Assembly: GCA_030704615.1 (NCBI GenBank)
Contig: CM060733.1
Span: 43,586,001-43,650,000 of the forward strand
Source of the DNA: Takakia lepidozioides
Lineage: Eukaryota > Plantae > Bryophyta
Direction: 5' to 3'
DNA length: 64,000 nt
In this document: positions 38,837 through 52,500 of the stretch, one piece after another
How the letters are laid out: each line of letters opens with the position of its first letter
Numbering within the stretch: the stretch's first letter is position 1
The notes under the pieces: generated by a model
Told to the model about the DNA's origin: nothing
What the model saw: the letters and a program-made list of their open reading frames with translations, nothing else
Databases searched by the model: none
Position numbers and translations under genes: made by a program

Positions 38837-41198
38837 CTAGCTAATCATGAGGCCATGATCTGAAAGGCTCAAATCCTCAAAAAAACCTGCTTTTTCTATG
38901 ACATCATAGTTATCCACGGCTAGGGTTGCCTCTCCAACCATGAAATCTTTCAGATCTCCTCTAGGTTTACAATCATATTGAGGTCATCTGGCCAATTTTT
39001 GATCACCATAACCAGCCTGTCAAGATTCTCAACCTGCAAACAACAACGACGGAGTGCTGTGAGGACATCTGCAAGACTAAAAACTCGTTCGGTCCCAATT
39101 TGGGACCCCGGGATGCCAAAGATTTGTTTTGCAAGATATGCAACGTTGGGAAATTGTTGCTCGTGATCACGCCACCATAACAAGGGATCGGTTGTTGCAG
39201 CTATAGGAACAATGAGTCGCCGAAATAATGAAAGTTCAGCCTTCACTACTGCAACACTTGCTTCTTCGTTTGATGTTCCCACACCAAACATATTGTTGTC
39301 CTCATATGTTTTAGGAGATGAAACAACTTCAGACTCGCATGTAGCCGGGTTCAGCCGCTTAAAATAAACCATCAGCAAAGGCAATAGATATTTCTGGTCA
39401 TAGTCCTGAACAAGTTGTACAACAGCGTCACAGCCCACATATATTTGACACAAGTTTCAGCCCCTTGAAACGAGGATCCAACATAAGTGCAAACATATTA
39501 TGCGCCTTGCGTGCATCAAAATGCCGTAGAAATGCAAGGAAAGGTTTGAGAACATGTAACACCTCTTGTCGTATCCTGCTTTTCAGTAGGAGAAACTCCA
39601 ATTCGAACACATCTGGCGGTTGTGTCTCCTCATCAAACTCCAACATCTCCCTTTGCATGATAACTGAGATGGATATGGACGCGTTGAGTGCATCAGAAAG
39701 TAACCAATGACCTCGAGATTGGTTTGCCACTCAAGCTGTCACAACAGATTTCACAACCTCTGCAATAGCCCAGATTTGGGGCTTAGGAACTCTTTGCTGG
39801 AGCGTCAGACTTTGACGACCATAACAAGTGACAATGGCCTCTTTGAACTCCATGGTTTCTTCAAACATTATCACCTTTGATGCAAATCTGATTTTGACAG
39901 GAGTTTTCAGTTTCTGAGGCCGTAACCCTGAATCCACACAGGCCTTGTTCCACTCAATTCTGCCCTTTCCACTTTTCTTGGTCCATGTGATTGTTTTTTG
40001 TAGTGACTCTCGAGCATCGGAAAATGAAACCTCCTTGAAATCTACACAAACTTTGGCCTCATTTGTTGCGTATTGGCATGCTTTAGACATCACATGTGCA
40101 AAGCATATGCCCTCAAAAACTGTAAGGGATTCCAAAACATCGCATGATACGACAGATCTGAGAGCGGCAGCCATTGTGCTCAAATTACCTCCTTCATCCT
40201 TGACAAAGGCAATAATGCATCTAGTCAAATCAAAACTGTCGAGTAAGGTTTTCAACTGAACTGCCATCGCTACCACTGATGTGTTAGACACTTCAAATAG
40301 ACCCACAGTAACATGAACATGAACCCACTCAGAACTAATGAAATTGATTACCAAGGCAAAAGTGTCGACTCCACCCCTGCTCATCCATAAATCGAAGCTG
40401 GCAGATGTAGAGACACAACTTCCAAGGGAAGGCAACACATGACGATCCATCGTCTTAGCAACCATTGACGGCAAAACCTCGTCCACAAATTGTCTCCGTG
40501 AAGGAAATATGACACGAGGACACCGCCTCAAAACCAATCTTCTAAGCCACAAATTTTCAACAGATGAGAGGGCCCTGTAACTTTTAGCAATGTAAAGTGT
40601 AAGGTCTTCCAAAAATTGCACTTGCTGCTCATCTGTTTGCTTGTAAGGATTTGTGGACCCAAAGTATGATGTAATGGCACAACCTGTAGGCAAAGTTCAT
40701 TTCTTACTTGCTTGACGGCTGTGCTCGAGCTTCGCAGATCCTTCGCAGCCAAATGCGCTTTCATCATAGCAAGCAATTCCGGATGAGCAACGTCAACATG
40801 CTTGCGCATGACAGTGATACCATATAGCTTGTTGTATTTCACAAGACCTTTCCGGAGCACATTACGCTTACCAACAAGCTGATTGGAAGTCATAGGCTGG
40901 GATCGACAGACAATACAACGCAATATCTGAGGATTGACATGGTCCACCTCAGCTGCATCATTCAACGCAAAAAATGACCAACAGACAGAGCCTCTATTGT
41001 GTGGTTTCTAGAATTTGCCCTGTGCTTGCAAAACAAGGAGCTGCTGTTGTGCAAGTTTGATTTGCGGATCTTCAAGAACCTCATCCACTATAGCAAGATC
41101 ATGCCCAATTTGCTCACCTCAGTGTCATCATGTGGCAAAATGTTGGAAAATGCAGGGATTTCATATGCTTGCAAGGCACAACTAGCTTGCTCATCCAT
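38837..41198 (-). pseudogene. hAT transposase of copy 2, frameshifted
   Basis: ORFs 40528-40965, 39731-40693, 39428-39730 and 38950-39453 are homologous to copy 1. Confidence 0.92.
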
Positions 41199-41699
41199 GA
41201 TTTCTCGGAGGGAGCCCAGAGGCTGTAGACTCCAAGCTCGTAACAATGTTGGTCTGCCATCGCATTTGGGCGCTCAGAGAATTAACACGATAGAGATCTT
41301 CAGAAGGCGGCTGCATAATCACTACTCATGAATGCAGCTCGGTTGTAATCACATCTCAAGGTCTTCTTCAAAAGTTGATACCGGGCTGATTTTCAAAGGT
41401 TTTAGTCAGGTTCCATGATGTAGTCAGCCAGGTTTCCCCCCCCCCCTTTCCAGCTTGGGCCGAGTAAGTGGCGAGATGGCCCTCGCCGGTTCCAACTCAA
41501 GCCGGGTCCACCAAAAACTTGGGTGGCTGGTCTCTATAGTATGATACCATGACTATTACCCGGCCGGGTATATATGTCAACATATATACCCGCCCAACAC
41601 TGGTTAACATTGTCAAAAATATCAAAGGGCTTTACAGGAGGAAGAAGGTTGGGTACGACATTGAGATAAGCGGAGGATGTCATGGTCGGCACCAAGGAT

Positions 41700-42145
41700 G
41701 TGTGCAAACGTGCTCTTGAAGCGGCCTCCGCTGCCGCGCTGCCTCTTCTAGGTGCGTTCCTTGTTGTATGCGGGCCAAGATTTGTCGACAAGTTCTTTCG
41801 GAGTCTGCACCCAACCTTGAATGCGCTGAAGACCAGCGTAAAATACTCTGACAGCGGCAGTTATGCACTGCGAAATGTTGCGAGATTGTGGTGGGCAACC
41901 CATCAACGGATTCGAGGTTATGAAAACAACGAGATCGGGTTTGCTGCGTTCCTCGGACAAATACATTAGGGTGAACGTCGAGATAGCGACATGGAGACTG
42001 GCACGAGGAAACAGTCGATCAAAATGGGAGCCCGGAACGCCCGCAGCAAACCATGTCCTCTCCTCACGTCCACCATCACCTGGCAACTGGTTGAACAACA
42101 TGCTGAAATCCTCGGAGGGAAAATCCCGAAAAAAATAGTGACTTG
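41700..42145 (-). pseudogene. SABATH-family carboxyl methyltransferase fragment (two exons)
   Basis: FFRDFPSEDFSMLFNQLP...WFAAGVPGSHFDRLFPRASLHVAISTFTLMYLSE, then after a TGCAG acceptor TPKELVDKSWPAYNKERT*; donor reads GA instead of GT. Confidence 0.8.
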
Positions 42146-42188
42146 GTTAAAACAGTGCTACTCAGATGCACATTGGTGGCTCTCACAG

Positions 42189-45100
42189 ACCAATCCAAAA
42201 TCTCCAGACTACAGATGTAGGCAGTGCACACAAGAGGTCCTGTGGACGAAGGATTGGTTCTATCCTCCTTGGGTGAACGGAAAGCTAATCGCCATGACTC
42301 AAGGCGGAGAACAGTTTGGTGATGGTGGAAATATATCAGAACACGGTTCTGATTTTGGTGTGGATGGTGGAGTTCCTTCGAAGCTTGAGGTTGGAAGTGA
42401 GTGTGACTGGCAAGGAGCCTGATTAGAAGGGAGCCTTCTATGCACAAGCCAGCTGTAAGTTCGGACATGTTCCTCGTTGTGTTACTTAAGATAGAGTCGA
42501 GAGTGACTCGCACGAATGCTGTCGAAAGATACACTTGAACTCCTGTCTAAAGGAACCTGTCAGAGTTTTGATGCTCTTGGAGTTTCTGGCATGAAGGTAA
42601 AAAATGGAGCATGGAACAGCACTGGCAAGTGTTCTTTAAAGATCCGCCACAATGGCAAGGTGTGGCTTCTTCATGTGAAGGAGTTTGTCTGTTCTGAGAA
42701 GGTGGTTCTTCCTTTCAGTGTCATAGGTCGTCTTCCCAGGCAGGCCCTGAACATGCATTGCACAAGGGATTTCCTTGATGTTTATGGGGAGGATTGGCTT
42801 GGTCTTAGGAGGCTGTGTTATCAACTATGACTGCTCAGCTGCACCCTGGTGGTTCTCACAGACAAATCCAAAATCACCGGAATACAGACATAAGTAGTGC
42901 ACACATCACAGGCTGGTTGAATCCTCCTTGGGTGACAGCAAAGCTACCTCCTTCAAGCACAATGTGGTGAGGGAACCTTCTGCAACACAGGCTCGTAATA
43001 TCCTCTTTCAAATTTGTCCTTACTGTTTCATGGATTCTGTAAGTTAGCACATGTTGGATGGATCTATGGTGGTATGTGTTTTGAACGTGTCGCTGCCACG
43101 GGGGTTGCAGGCAAATATCTGAACACTCAAAATAGAGACATGGAGAAGCTTTGGAAGAAACACTTTCCAAAACCCAGTCAATGGTGGGACAATAGAGGCA
43201 GAAAGGTGAATGCCTGTTATGGTACAGCAGAGCAGAGAACAAGATGCATTGAAAAACTTGCTTGCAAATTGTCACCTCCCTCCCTCCCAACACATTCTCA
43301 AAGTCTTTTCGGCAATTCAGCATAGGGGCTGGTAAGTAGGGTTGGAGTGTTTGCTAGACTTATTGTTGTCTTTGTCAGATACTATCTGCAAGGGGAGGAC
43401 TATGCATCGTTGTGAAGGCAGGGATATCTGAAGGATGAATTGAGTGTGGGTGCAGATCCATCCAAGAGAACTGAATTCCAAGCACAAGTTTACCACTGAG
43501 CGACTATGGATTCATCGCTACAAAAAACCTGCATGGGTAGAAGGTCCACTGGAAGGAGCTGCAGCACAGTCCATGGAATCAGGCACCACCACTATGACCA
43601 CTGCTTCTGGAAGAGGACTAAGAGGAATCCACATGATAGCTTCTGGCACTTCTGGGAATGTGAGGACATTGTGTGAGGCAGGACAACTGAAAGAGGCTAT
43701 GCACATTTTGAACAAAGGCTTTTCTGTAGCCTCTGATACTTACGTCTGTCTATTGCATAAGTGCATCAAGATGAAAAACCTAGCAGTGGGAAAGCAGGTT
43801 CATGCCCACATTATCCAAAGTGGATTGAAGCCAAACTTGTTTCTACACAATGCCCTTGTTGACATGTATGTCAAGTGTGGGAGCCTTGGGGATGCATACC
43901 GAGTGTTTGAAAAAATGCCTGAACGAAATACCTTTTCATGGACTGTAATGATGGCAGGATATACCAAGCATGGTTTGGTAGGAATGCCTTGGACACCTAT
44001 GAGCAAATGATACAGGACGGGGTGAAACCTGACCAGGTCACGTTTGTTTGTGTTTGCAATGCGTGTGCGAGCCTGGCAGCCCTGGAAAAGGGCAAAGAAG
44101 TCCATGCTGAGATTGAGAAAGCTGGAATTGTACCAAATATGATTCTGAGCAGTACCCTGGTGGACATGTATGCCAAATGCGGTAGCATCAAGGATGCGAA
44201 GGGAGTGTTCGACAATATGGCTGGACGAAATGTAGTCTCATGGAGTGCAATGATTGCAGGATATGCCGAGCATGGGTGCGGGGTGGAGGCTTTGGAGACA
44301 TACGAGCAAATGATGTGGGAAGGGGTGACACCCAACCAGGTCACGTTCGTTTGCGTTCTCAAGGCATGTGCCAGCCTGGCAGCCCTAGACAAGGGCAAAG
44401 AGGTCCATGCTGACATCATGAGAACTGGAATTGTGCCGAATGTTATCTTGTACACCACCCTCGTGGACATGTATGCTAAATGTGGGAGCATTGAGGATGC
44501 AAAGGGAGTGTTTGACAATATGGCTGAACAAAATGTGGTGTCGTGGAGTGCGATGATCACAGGATATGCCCAGCATGGGTGCGGGATGGAGGCTTTGGAG
44601 ACCTATGAGCAAATGCTGCAAGCAGGGGTGACACCCAACGAGGTCACATTCATTTCTGTTCTCAAGGCTTGTGCCAGCCTGGCTGCCCTGGAAAAGGGCA
44701 AAGGGGTCCATGCTGACATCAAGAAAGCTAGAATCGCACCCAATGTCATTCTGAATACTACCCTTGTGGACATGTATGCCAAATGCGGGAGCATTTATGA
44801 TGCAGAGGTAGTGTTTGAAAACATGGCTGAACGAAATGTGGTGTCCTGGAATGCGATGATCGCAGGATATGCCCAGCATGGGTGCGGGATGGAGGCTTTG
44901 GAGACCTATAAGCAAATGATGGGGAAAGGGGTGAAGCCGGACCAGGTCACATTTGTTTGCATTTGCAATGCGTGTGCAAGCCTGGCAGCCCTGGAGAAGG
45001 GAAAGAAGGTCCATGCTGACATCATGAAAGCTGAAATTGTGCCAGATATCACACTGAGGAATACCCTCATGGACATGTATGCCAAATGTGGGAGCATCGA

Positions 45101-46064
45101 GGATGCAAGGGGAGTGTTTGACAATATGACTGAACGAAATGTGGTGTCATGGAGTGCAATGATTGCAGGATACGCCCAGCATGGATGTTGCAGGGATGCC
45201 CTGCAACTATTTGAAGGAATGCAGAAGGAAGGTGTGAGGCCGAACAGTATCACTTATATCGGCGTTCTTCAGGCATGTAGCCATGGGGGCCTCGTGGATG
45301 AAGGCAGATACTACTTTGATTCCCTGAGTCAAGATCATGGCCTCACTCCTACAGTGGAGCACTTTGGCTGCATGGTGGACCTTCTTGGCCGTGCGGGGCA
45401 ATTGGACGAGGCCAAGGACTTCATTAGGAAAGTGCCAGTCCAACCTGATGCTGTGGTGTGGAAAGCCTTGCTTGGTGCCTCCCGAATTCATAACAATGTT
45501 GAGGTGGCCGAACGTGCGGCAAAATCTATTCTCAAATGGGATCAACAGGATTCTACAACTTATGTGTTGCTGTTAAATATCTATGCTGCAGCTGGCAGGT
45601 GGGACGATACCGCAAAGGTTAGAAAAATGATGACAGTCAGAGGTGTCAAAAAGCACCCAGGTTACTGCTGCATTGAGGTTGGCAGCACGGTGCACACATT
45701 TGTTGTAGATGATGAATTGCATCCACAAATTGAGGAAATCCATGCTGAGCTGAGAAGATTGTCTGAGGAGATGAAGGAGGCAGGGTACATGCCTGACACG
45801 CGCTTTGTATTGCACAATATGGAGGAGGAGCAAAAGGAATTGTCTCTTTGTCACCACAGTGAGAAGCTGGCCATTGCTTTTGGGCTGATCAGCACAGCCC
45901 CAGGGACACCTCTTTGTGTCATCAAGAACCTTCGGGTGTGTGGCGACTGCCACATGGCCACCAAGTTTATCTCAAAGATTGTTGGGCGCACGATCGTTGT
46001 ACGGGATGCCAACCGTTTTCACCACTTCAAAGATGGGGTTTGTTCTTGTGGGGAGTACTGGTAG
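42189..46064 (+). pseudogene. Gene A: OSB-like PDF-motif exons plus 17-motif PLS PPR array, E1/E2 and DYW deaminase; 1-nt frameshift near 43975 and damaged PDF exons
   Basis: PDF halves TNPKSPDY...PPWV (42189), EQHWQVFFKDP (about 42610), TNPKSPEYRHK (42862), WKKHFPKPSQWWDNRGRK| (ends 43205), |IHPRELNSKHK...PAWVEGPL (43456); PG box KKHPG, HSEKLA, CGDCH, terminal EYW. Confidence 0.88.
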
Positions 46065-46528
46065 AATGATGTATTACAATTGAGGTGTGAATAGCTTCAT
46101 TCATTAAACTGCTTGGTTCCACCATTCCCTGGAAATGTTGGCAGGTGGCGTGGGACTTATGTTACATATCAGCCGTTGAGGAGTGAATGAGTAGATTCCC
46201 AGAGGTACCCACCAGGAGGTGGAAACTGAATTAGCTAATGTCCCCACAACCTGGAGTTAACATGGAGGTGAGTCAGAGCTTAGGGGAAGCTCCATCCACA
46301 CTATTCTGTTTGGACTCATCTTCGTGTTCTGCTTTAGTGGGCCTTGGAATCCAGTTCCCCAACTACTGTGAGTTACATCGTGTGACACATGGCTCTGAAG
46401 GCATTGCACAGAGTTCCTTTTGTTACATGCTACCCACAAACCCTTTTTCACAGCACGCAGGAGATTTTCATGAAATGTGGATTTCCTGCAGAAATGATGA
46501 GAAATTTGTAAAATAAGTGAAAATACAG

Positions 46529-49500
46529 AGACAGAAACCGGGGTTGAGGGGGTATAGGGGAAAACCTACACAGCCCTCCAGTTTCGGTTACTCATATTAG
46601 GCCCTCTAAGTCCATGAAGACGATGGGACTCTTCCGCTAGGGGGAATGTACAATGTATTGTGATGGTCGATTAATTTTCCGATTCTTTCTACTACGCTGA
46701 CACTGATGACGGCGAGGGACTCCTTGACCTGGCCGCTGGGGTATAAGGGGGACTAGATATAGGGGAAACCACTCGTGCACACTCGATGTCCGAAGAACTT
46801 TCAGTGTTCTCTCCTTCTCACTCTATCTTTCCCAAACTTCTAGTTTCTGAGTTTGACTCTGGACTCAAGGCTGGGTTTTTCCCTAGCAAATGATTACGGA
46901 CGGTTTCTCTAGCCATTCTTCTTTGTAACCTGGTGTCAAACGATATGCTATCCAGGCTTGGGAGTGTGTTTCTCGATCCTGAGCTAGACATACACTCACT
47001 GTTGTACCGGCGAAGATTCTCTTGCCTTAGTCTGTACTGAAGGACCTATATTTCCTTGAACTACCATGTCAGGAATAAATGAGGTCAAATCTGCATACCT
47101 TCCATGGAACCGTGGCGATGGAGGCACATCAGTGTGCAATCTTCCAGGTATCTTCCAATCTTCAGGTGGTCGAGGTATGCTGCAATACCTACACTCATCC
47201 AGTCTACGCACATAATGGGACGCCAAGAGCTGGCATACTTGACAATGAGTGAAGAAATCTACCTGCCACCTTAAGTGTGCTGTGAAGGAAAACCTGGGGT
47301 GCAAGGCCCCTAGGTATATCCCCGGGCACGAACAATATGGCCAGTTAAGCCTGTCGTTACACCAGTAGAAATGCTCCGGTGTGTCTGTTGATGAGGTTCA
47401 CACCAAACCCGTTCGTCTATCCACCCTTTCTTGATGGCTTTCCGTTGAGCTAAGCGATCGATGTACGCTTCTATTATAAGTTGAATTTCTGGTTCATGTT
47501 GCCAGAATCTGTTTCGAATCCTCTTGATCCTAGCCTCAAAAGTCATACCTACTTTAGAAATTCATGCGGCAAATTCTTATCACTCCAAAGCATGATGTGG
47601 ATGACGTTTTAGATTTCAAGCATTGCATTGATTGTGCCAACTGACGAACATGGTTAAATGAAATGGAAAGCATAATGCAACTGCGGGGTCTTCCCCGATT
47701 GCTGGAGGCAGCTTTTACCTATTCTGTTGCTGGCAAGTCCTCGTCTATTCCCATAGGTGACCCTGGTGCTGAGGTCCAAGGAGAGCTGCTAGCGGAAGAA
47801 ATAGCATGCACTATCTTTAAGGGGATGATAGGGAAGAAACTGGTGGGGATTTCCCGTGCAAAGTAAAATGGCGGTGGCCACTCTGGGTCCGCAATGACGC
47901 CTTGAGGAGCTGCTGAAGGAAGACCTTCAATCCAAGTAATATCATGTATGGTCGGCGCCACGTCCAATCGGCCGTCAGTGATCAATTCAATGATCAATGT
48001 TGTTGCACTTGCACTGCGGCTGTTGTAAAATCTGGGTGGACAGATATAGGTGATGGTAGTGTTCGGGTGAGGCAGGCGTTCCTCTACCTCCAGATAGTCT
48101 TCTAATCCACACCCAAACAACCAACACATCCAATCAAAAGGAAGGTCAATAAAACTCTTCTTGGTTAGATAGGAGATAGCTTCTCCAGACCTTCGGATAG
48201 TGGGACGGGGACGATGAAAATCGATTCCCTCGTCAGCAATGGTTCGACATAGAGGGCAACACCCTAAATACGCCACTTGCCAGGCGAGATGTGCTTCGAG
48301 CGAGGATTGCACGTCGAGGTTCCCTAAGAAGGAGGGTTGGCAACATCCAGGCCAACGCGTATTGAACCTGAAAAATGAAGAGATGGGAGAGGTAAGAGCC
48401 CTGTCTCCCAACGGCCCTACTTTGGCCAAAATCCAATACCCACGGTACTCTTCGGCGATGTCCAAGATACGTCTGCGCATTAATCTGCAGACCACAATGG
48501 CATCTTCTGTCCGCACTTCGCCGGATCGGGTGCCTGAAACAACACGATATAGGCCCACAACGCGAGCCTCAAATGACAAGTGGAAACGATGGGCTGCAAT
48601 CTGGTTGATGATCATGCTGCACCTCCAGGATTGCCATAACGTTAGTCCTCACAATGACTTGTCTCAAAATTCTCATGCAAGAGAATCTAATCAATATGAT
48701 CATGGGGTTCCTCGACCTCCACGTGATGAAGTAACTTCATGAATAAGCAATAAAGCAAAAAGCAAGAAAGAACTAGCACAAGGACAAATATCATTACTTC
48801 ATCCATAAGTACTTTGAGAGGCCCTGACTTTTACCTACCTCCTGGCAGACGCACCAAAATATGACGAGCCCCGGTTGCGCGCGGCCAGGGTGACGACATA
48901 CTAGCCTAAGGGGTCGTGACAAGTTGCGGTGTAGGTTGGGCTCAACGAACCGCCTACCCGGCTGCGGTAAGTGCAAGGGTCCTTGGCAGCTATGGACGGA
49001 TCTAGATAGTCTAACTTCCTACCGGCAAAGCAAATCTTAACAACTCTACTTCACAAGGCGATTTGCGTTTCCTAGTCCTACGTTTTGTTTATGGGTTTTC
49101 TATGTCTTTAATCGTAATTGCCTTCCAAGTCTTTGTTTATTACTACTTCCTACATGTCTGGACTCACCGCATTCACTGCTAAAGGAGGGTCGGAGCTCAC
49201 CGTCCGCCAAGCACACAAGGCCTCCCGAATACTGGCTCGTTCATCCTGGTATATGACAGAAAACCCAAAAACTCAGCATCGGACTCACTAGCAGCAGACT
49301 CACGAGCAGACTCACCAGCATCGTGGCACAGAACAAAGGAACCAGCCGACTCCAGGGACTGACGAGCAAGTCCACAAGCAGGGGACTGACCAGCAAGTCC
49401 ACAAGCAGACTGATGCAGCAGACCAAGCAGGTAGACTGAACCAGCAGACTCTATGACAACAGACACCAACTGTGGGGACAGACTGGGCATTACCTCGTCG

Positions 49501-52500
49501 TCGTCATCGACACATACGTCCTCCTCATCTTCAAGGGAGCTCAACCAATTTTCCTCCGCCGCTCGGATGGTTCTGCTGAGCTGTTCGGACTGGGCGAAAC
49601 TGTAGAAAAAACGGAAGAAGTCTGGATCGTCCACTGGTGGGCACACCGATGGGAGAAGCCCAAATGGTATGAGGCGCAATGTGCCAGGACAGACTCCATT
49701 GGTAGTCTCTTTCGACTGGACTTCGTCCACGTGAACCCTCGACTAGTCAGGCAAGACAATGTCGACGGGAGATGAGACACCTCCCAGACCTGCAAATTCA
49801 TCATTCTGAATGATGTCTGCAGACGGCTCAGCAGACTGGCTCTCACTCGAAGTACTGATGGTCTATGTCTGCTGCGTAGACCGTCTCCCTGGCACAGCCC
49901 ATGACACTTCCCGACTGCCTTGGGGACGAGTCTGTTGTTGAGATTTCGCCCTCGCCTCCCGAGCAGACCTTGCAGCCTTTTCTCTTTCCTTCTTCTAGGC
50001 CCCATCACTAAGTTTCCTTTTGCTGGGAGCCACAGGCGATGGCGATGTCAGGTCATGCACATCTTGCATTGAAACATCCGAACCCACCCCATACCGTGCG
50101 CGCACCTCCGCCAAAGTGCGGGCCTTTGGGTTTGCGCCACGGAGTCTGGCGGGTGGCCGCATTCACCACCCTCATTGAACTTTGAAGTGGCCACAACTTG
50201 AAGCCAGGTGGGATATAGCGCTTGTTTTTGCAACCGTGTCAACACAATGGCGGTTTAGCTGCACTTTGTCCTTGATAATTTCACTACAGAAGGGACAGTG
50301 GAGCTTATCCTTCTACCAATTGGAGTCTGCAGGCTTGATTGCGCAGAGGTCTAAGAATGCTTCGACTATTTTTGCATCATACTCCTCAGGTGAGTACCAG
50401 TACCTTCGCTCCTTTAGCCTGGACTTGTGCATGAAATGCAACCAGTCTGCTCCACCCTTTGCACAAGCATCCTCCATGGCTGCAGAATCAGACAAGAGAT
50501 GCAGCGGCAATGAGCGACAGACAGACTAAGAATAAGAAAGCAGAGAAGAGAGGAAAAGAGAATGGAAAGAAACCACAAAAGCACAAAGCACAAAGAGAAA
50601 GCTCACCGGGCAACAGACGACGGTTGTTGCGACGATTCGGTGCTCACGCGACTGTCCGCGCCTCGAAAACCTAACACGCACAAAAGACCAATGGGAGGTG
50701 GACGGGCCCTAAACGAAATAGTGCGAAAGAAGTCCAGCAGGAAGTGGACCCTGCATGTGCAGAGTGACGTGGCGAGATTTCACTGGCGCCCCTTTTTGGC
50801 CGCCATCGCATTAAATAGTTGCAGACCCCTCACACGTGCTGGCGGTATGCCACTGCACGGACAGTCCAGCAAATGGGATGAGTGGGACTATCGTCAGTCT
50901 GTCGTCGTCGCATTCATCAAGTCCAGCAGACTTACTCCTGATGACAAAGACGGCCGAGCAGACCCAGTACCCTCCACAACAAACTCATATGCCACCGCAA
51001 GGACAGACTGACGACTGAGGTTAAGCGGACTGACGAAGAGACTAAGGCGAGTGTGGAGTCTGGTGCGGAGTCTGATGATGTGCCGGGACGTGACTGGGCC
51101 TCTTTACCGCCGTCGCTGCATTTATTGCGTCCAGCAGACTTAAACCTAATGACATAACGGCCGAACAGACCCACTGCAAACAAACTTGCGCAACAACAGA
51201 CTTGTATGTCACTGCACGGACATTCCAGCAGACGGAAGGTTCAACAGACTGACGAAGAGACTAGCACAGAGTAATTTGTGCGACAACAGACTGATTTCTA
51301 ACAGAGTAATATCCCAAAAGACAAAGTATCCCCTAGGCGGCCGGGTGATACGGGAGTAAACCGTAAACCGCGTCCAACAGACTTACACGTGATAATAATC
51401 ACGGCTCAACAGACCCAGCGCAAACAGACTTGCGCCACAATAGACTGACTTTGTGACAGTCCAGCTGACTGATATCGGAAGAGATGGACAGACCAGCAGT
51501 CCGACGGCTCAGCAGACTCACGGCAATGTGGATAATTAAAAGGTAGTAGTTAAACAGACTCATATCCGAAGAGACGGACTTCCAGCTGACCAACGGTTCA
51601 ACAGACTCACGAGAGAAGAGACTTCGGGGATAAGACGAGAGAAGACACTTCGGAATTCGGCAGGCAGTGACGGCCCAGTAATCCAGTGAAGAACAGACTC
51701 ACGCCACACCAGACTTGTATCCTTACAGACCAACAGTCCAGCAGACCAGACTGATATCCCATCAGAACCACGCTTGGCATCGCCGTCATGCCGTGGTTGC
51801 ATTTCATCCGTCCAGCAGACTTGCATATGCCCATACTCATGGCACAACACACTGCTTAGAGAAAGTACTGACAAAGACGCAGTCGAAGAGCCTGTTGATC
51901 CACGCACATTTGCAGTCGTAAGGACCTCGAACTTCCACAAGCAACGTGAATCCACATCTCTCAGGCTACGTCTCCTTTCCCAGTTTTTCAAGGAGACGGT
52001 AGTGGTTGAGATGTGATGTTTCAGGAGGTGCATCTAGATGTTTGAGGACCTTCGGACTGGATCCTGTTCCGTTCACACTCTCCGCAGTTCCCAGACATGT
52101 GGTGGCAGAGACGTCCTCCCCTGAATAGTTTCATCGGTGGACATAAATTCTGCAATGTATACACGTCCCCACGTGCATATGCTTCCGCGATTTCCGCTAT
52201 CGTGTTACCAATGGTTTCTTGCTCCATACGAAGGAGCTCGGACTTGGAGACACACTACAAACCGTAAATGCATGCAATTTTTCCACATATCGTCCTAAAA
52301 AATAAGCACGTCAGCACAAAACGAAGGCGAAAATAGTGGAAGCATATGCACGATGGTGGCTGTAGAGCCCCGCCAGCCCTCTCATGTTCAGGCACACCCT
52401 TCATCGTCATTAAAATCGCCATAAACAAGAAGAACAACCGCATGCGTGCAAAGTCACCTCCGCAACATTGGACAACAAAGAGCCGCAAGAACGAGACAAC

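Larger units (their letters stand above)
35310..41602 (-). mobile_element. Complete hAT transposon copy 2 (6.3 kb) with captured gene fragments
   Basis: TIRs CAATGTTGGGCGGGTAT / ATACCCGCCCAACACTG; 8-bp TSD GTTAACAC (35302-35309) / GTTAACAT (41603-41610). Confidence 0.93.

Noticed and set aside
24834-41602. A single composite transposon bounded by the two outer hAT ends
   Set aside because: The outer flanks do not form a TSD, and copy 2 has its own TSD at 35302/41603
44385-45014. Long antisense ORFs over the PPR arrays (also 56030-57102)
   Set aside because: Shadow frames of repetitive coding sequence
45640-46064. U-to-C (DYW:KP) editing factor
   Set aside because: PG box, HSE, CGDCH and terminal EYW fit the canonical C-to-U type; no GRP or DRH terminus
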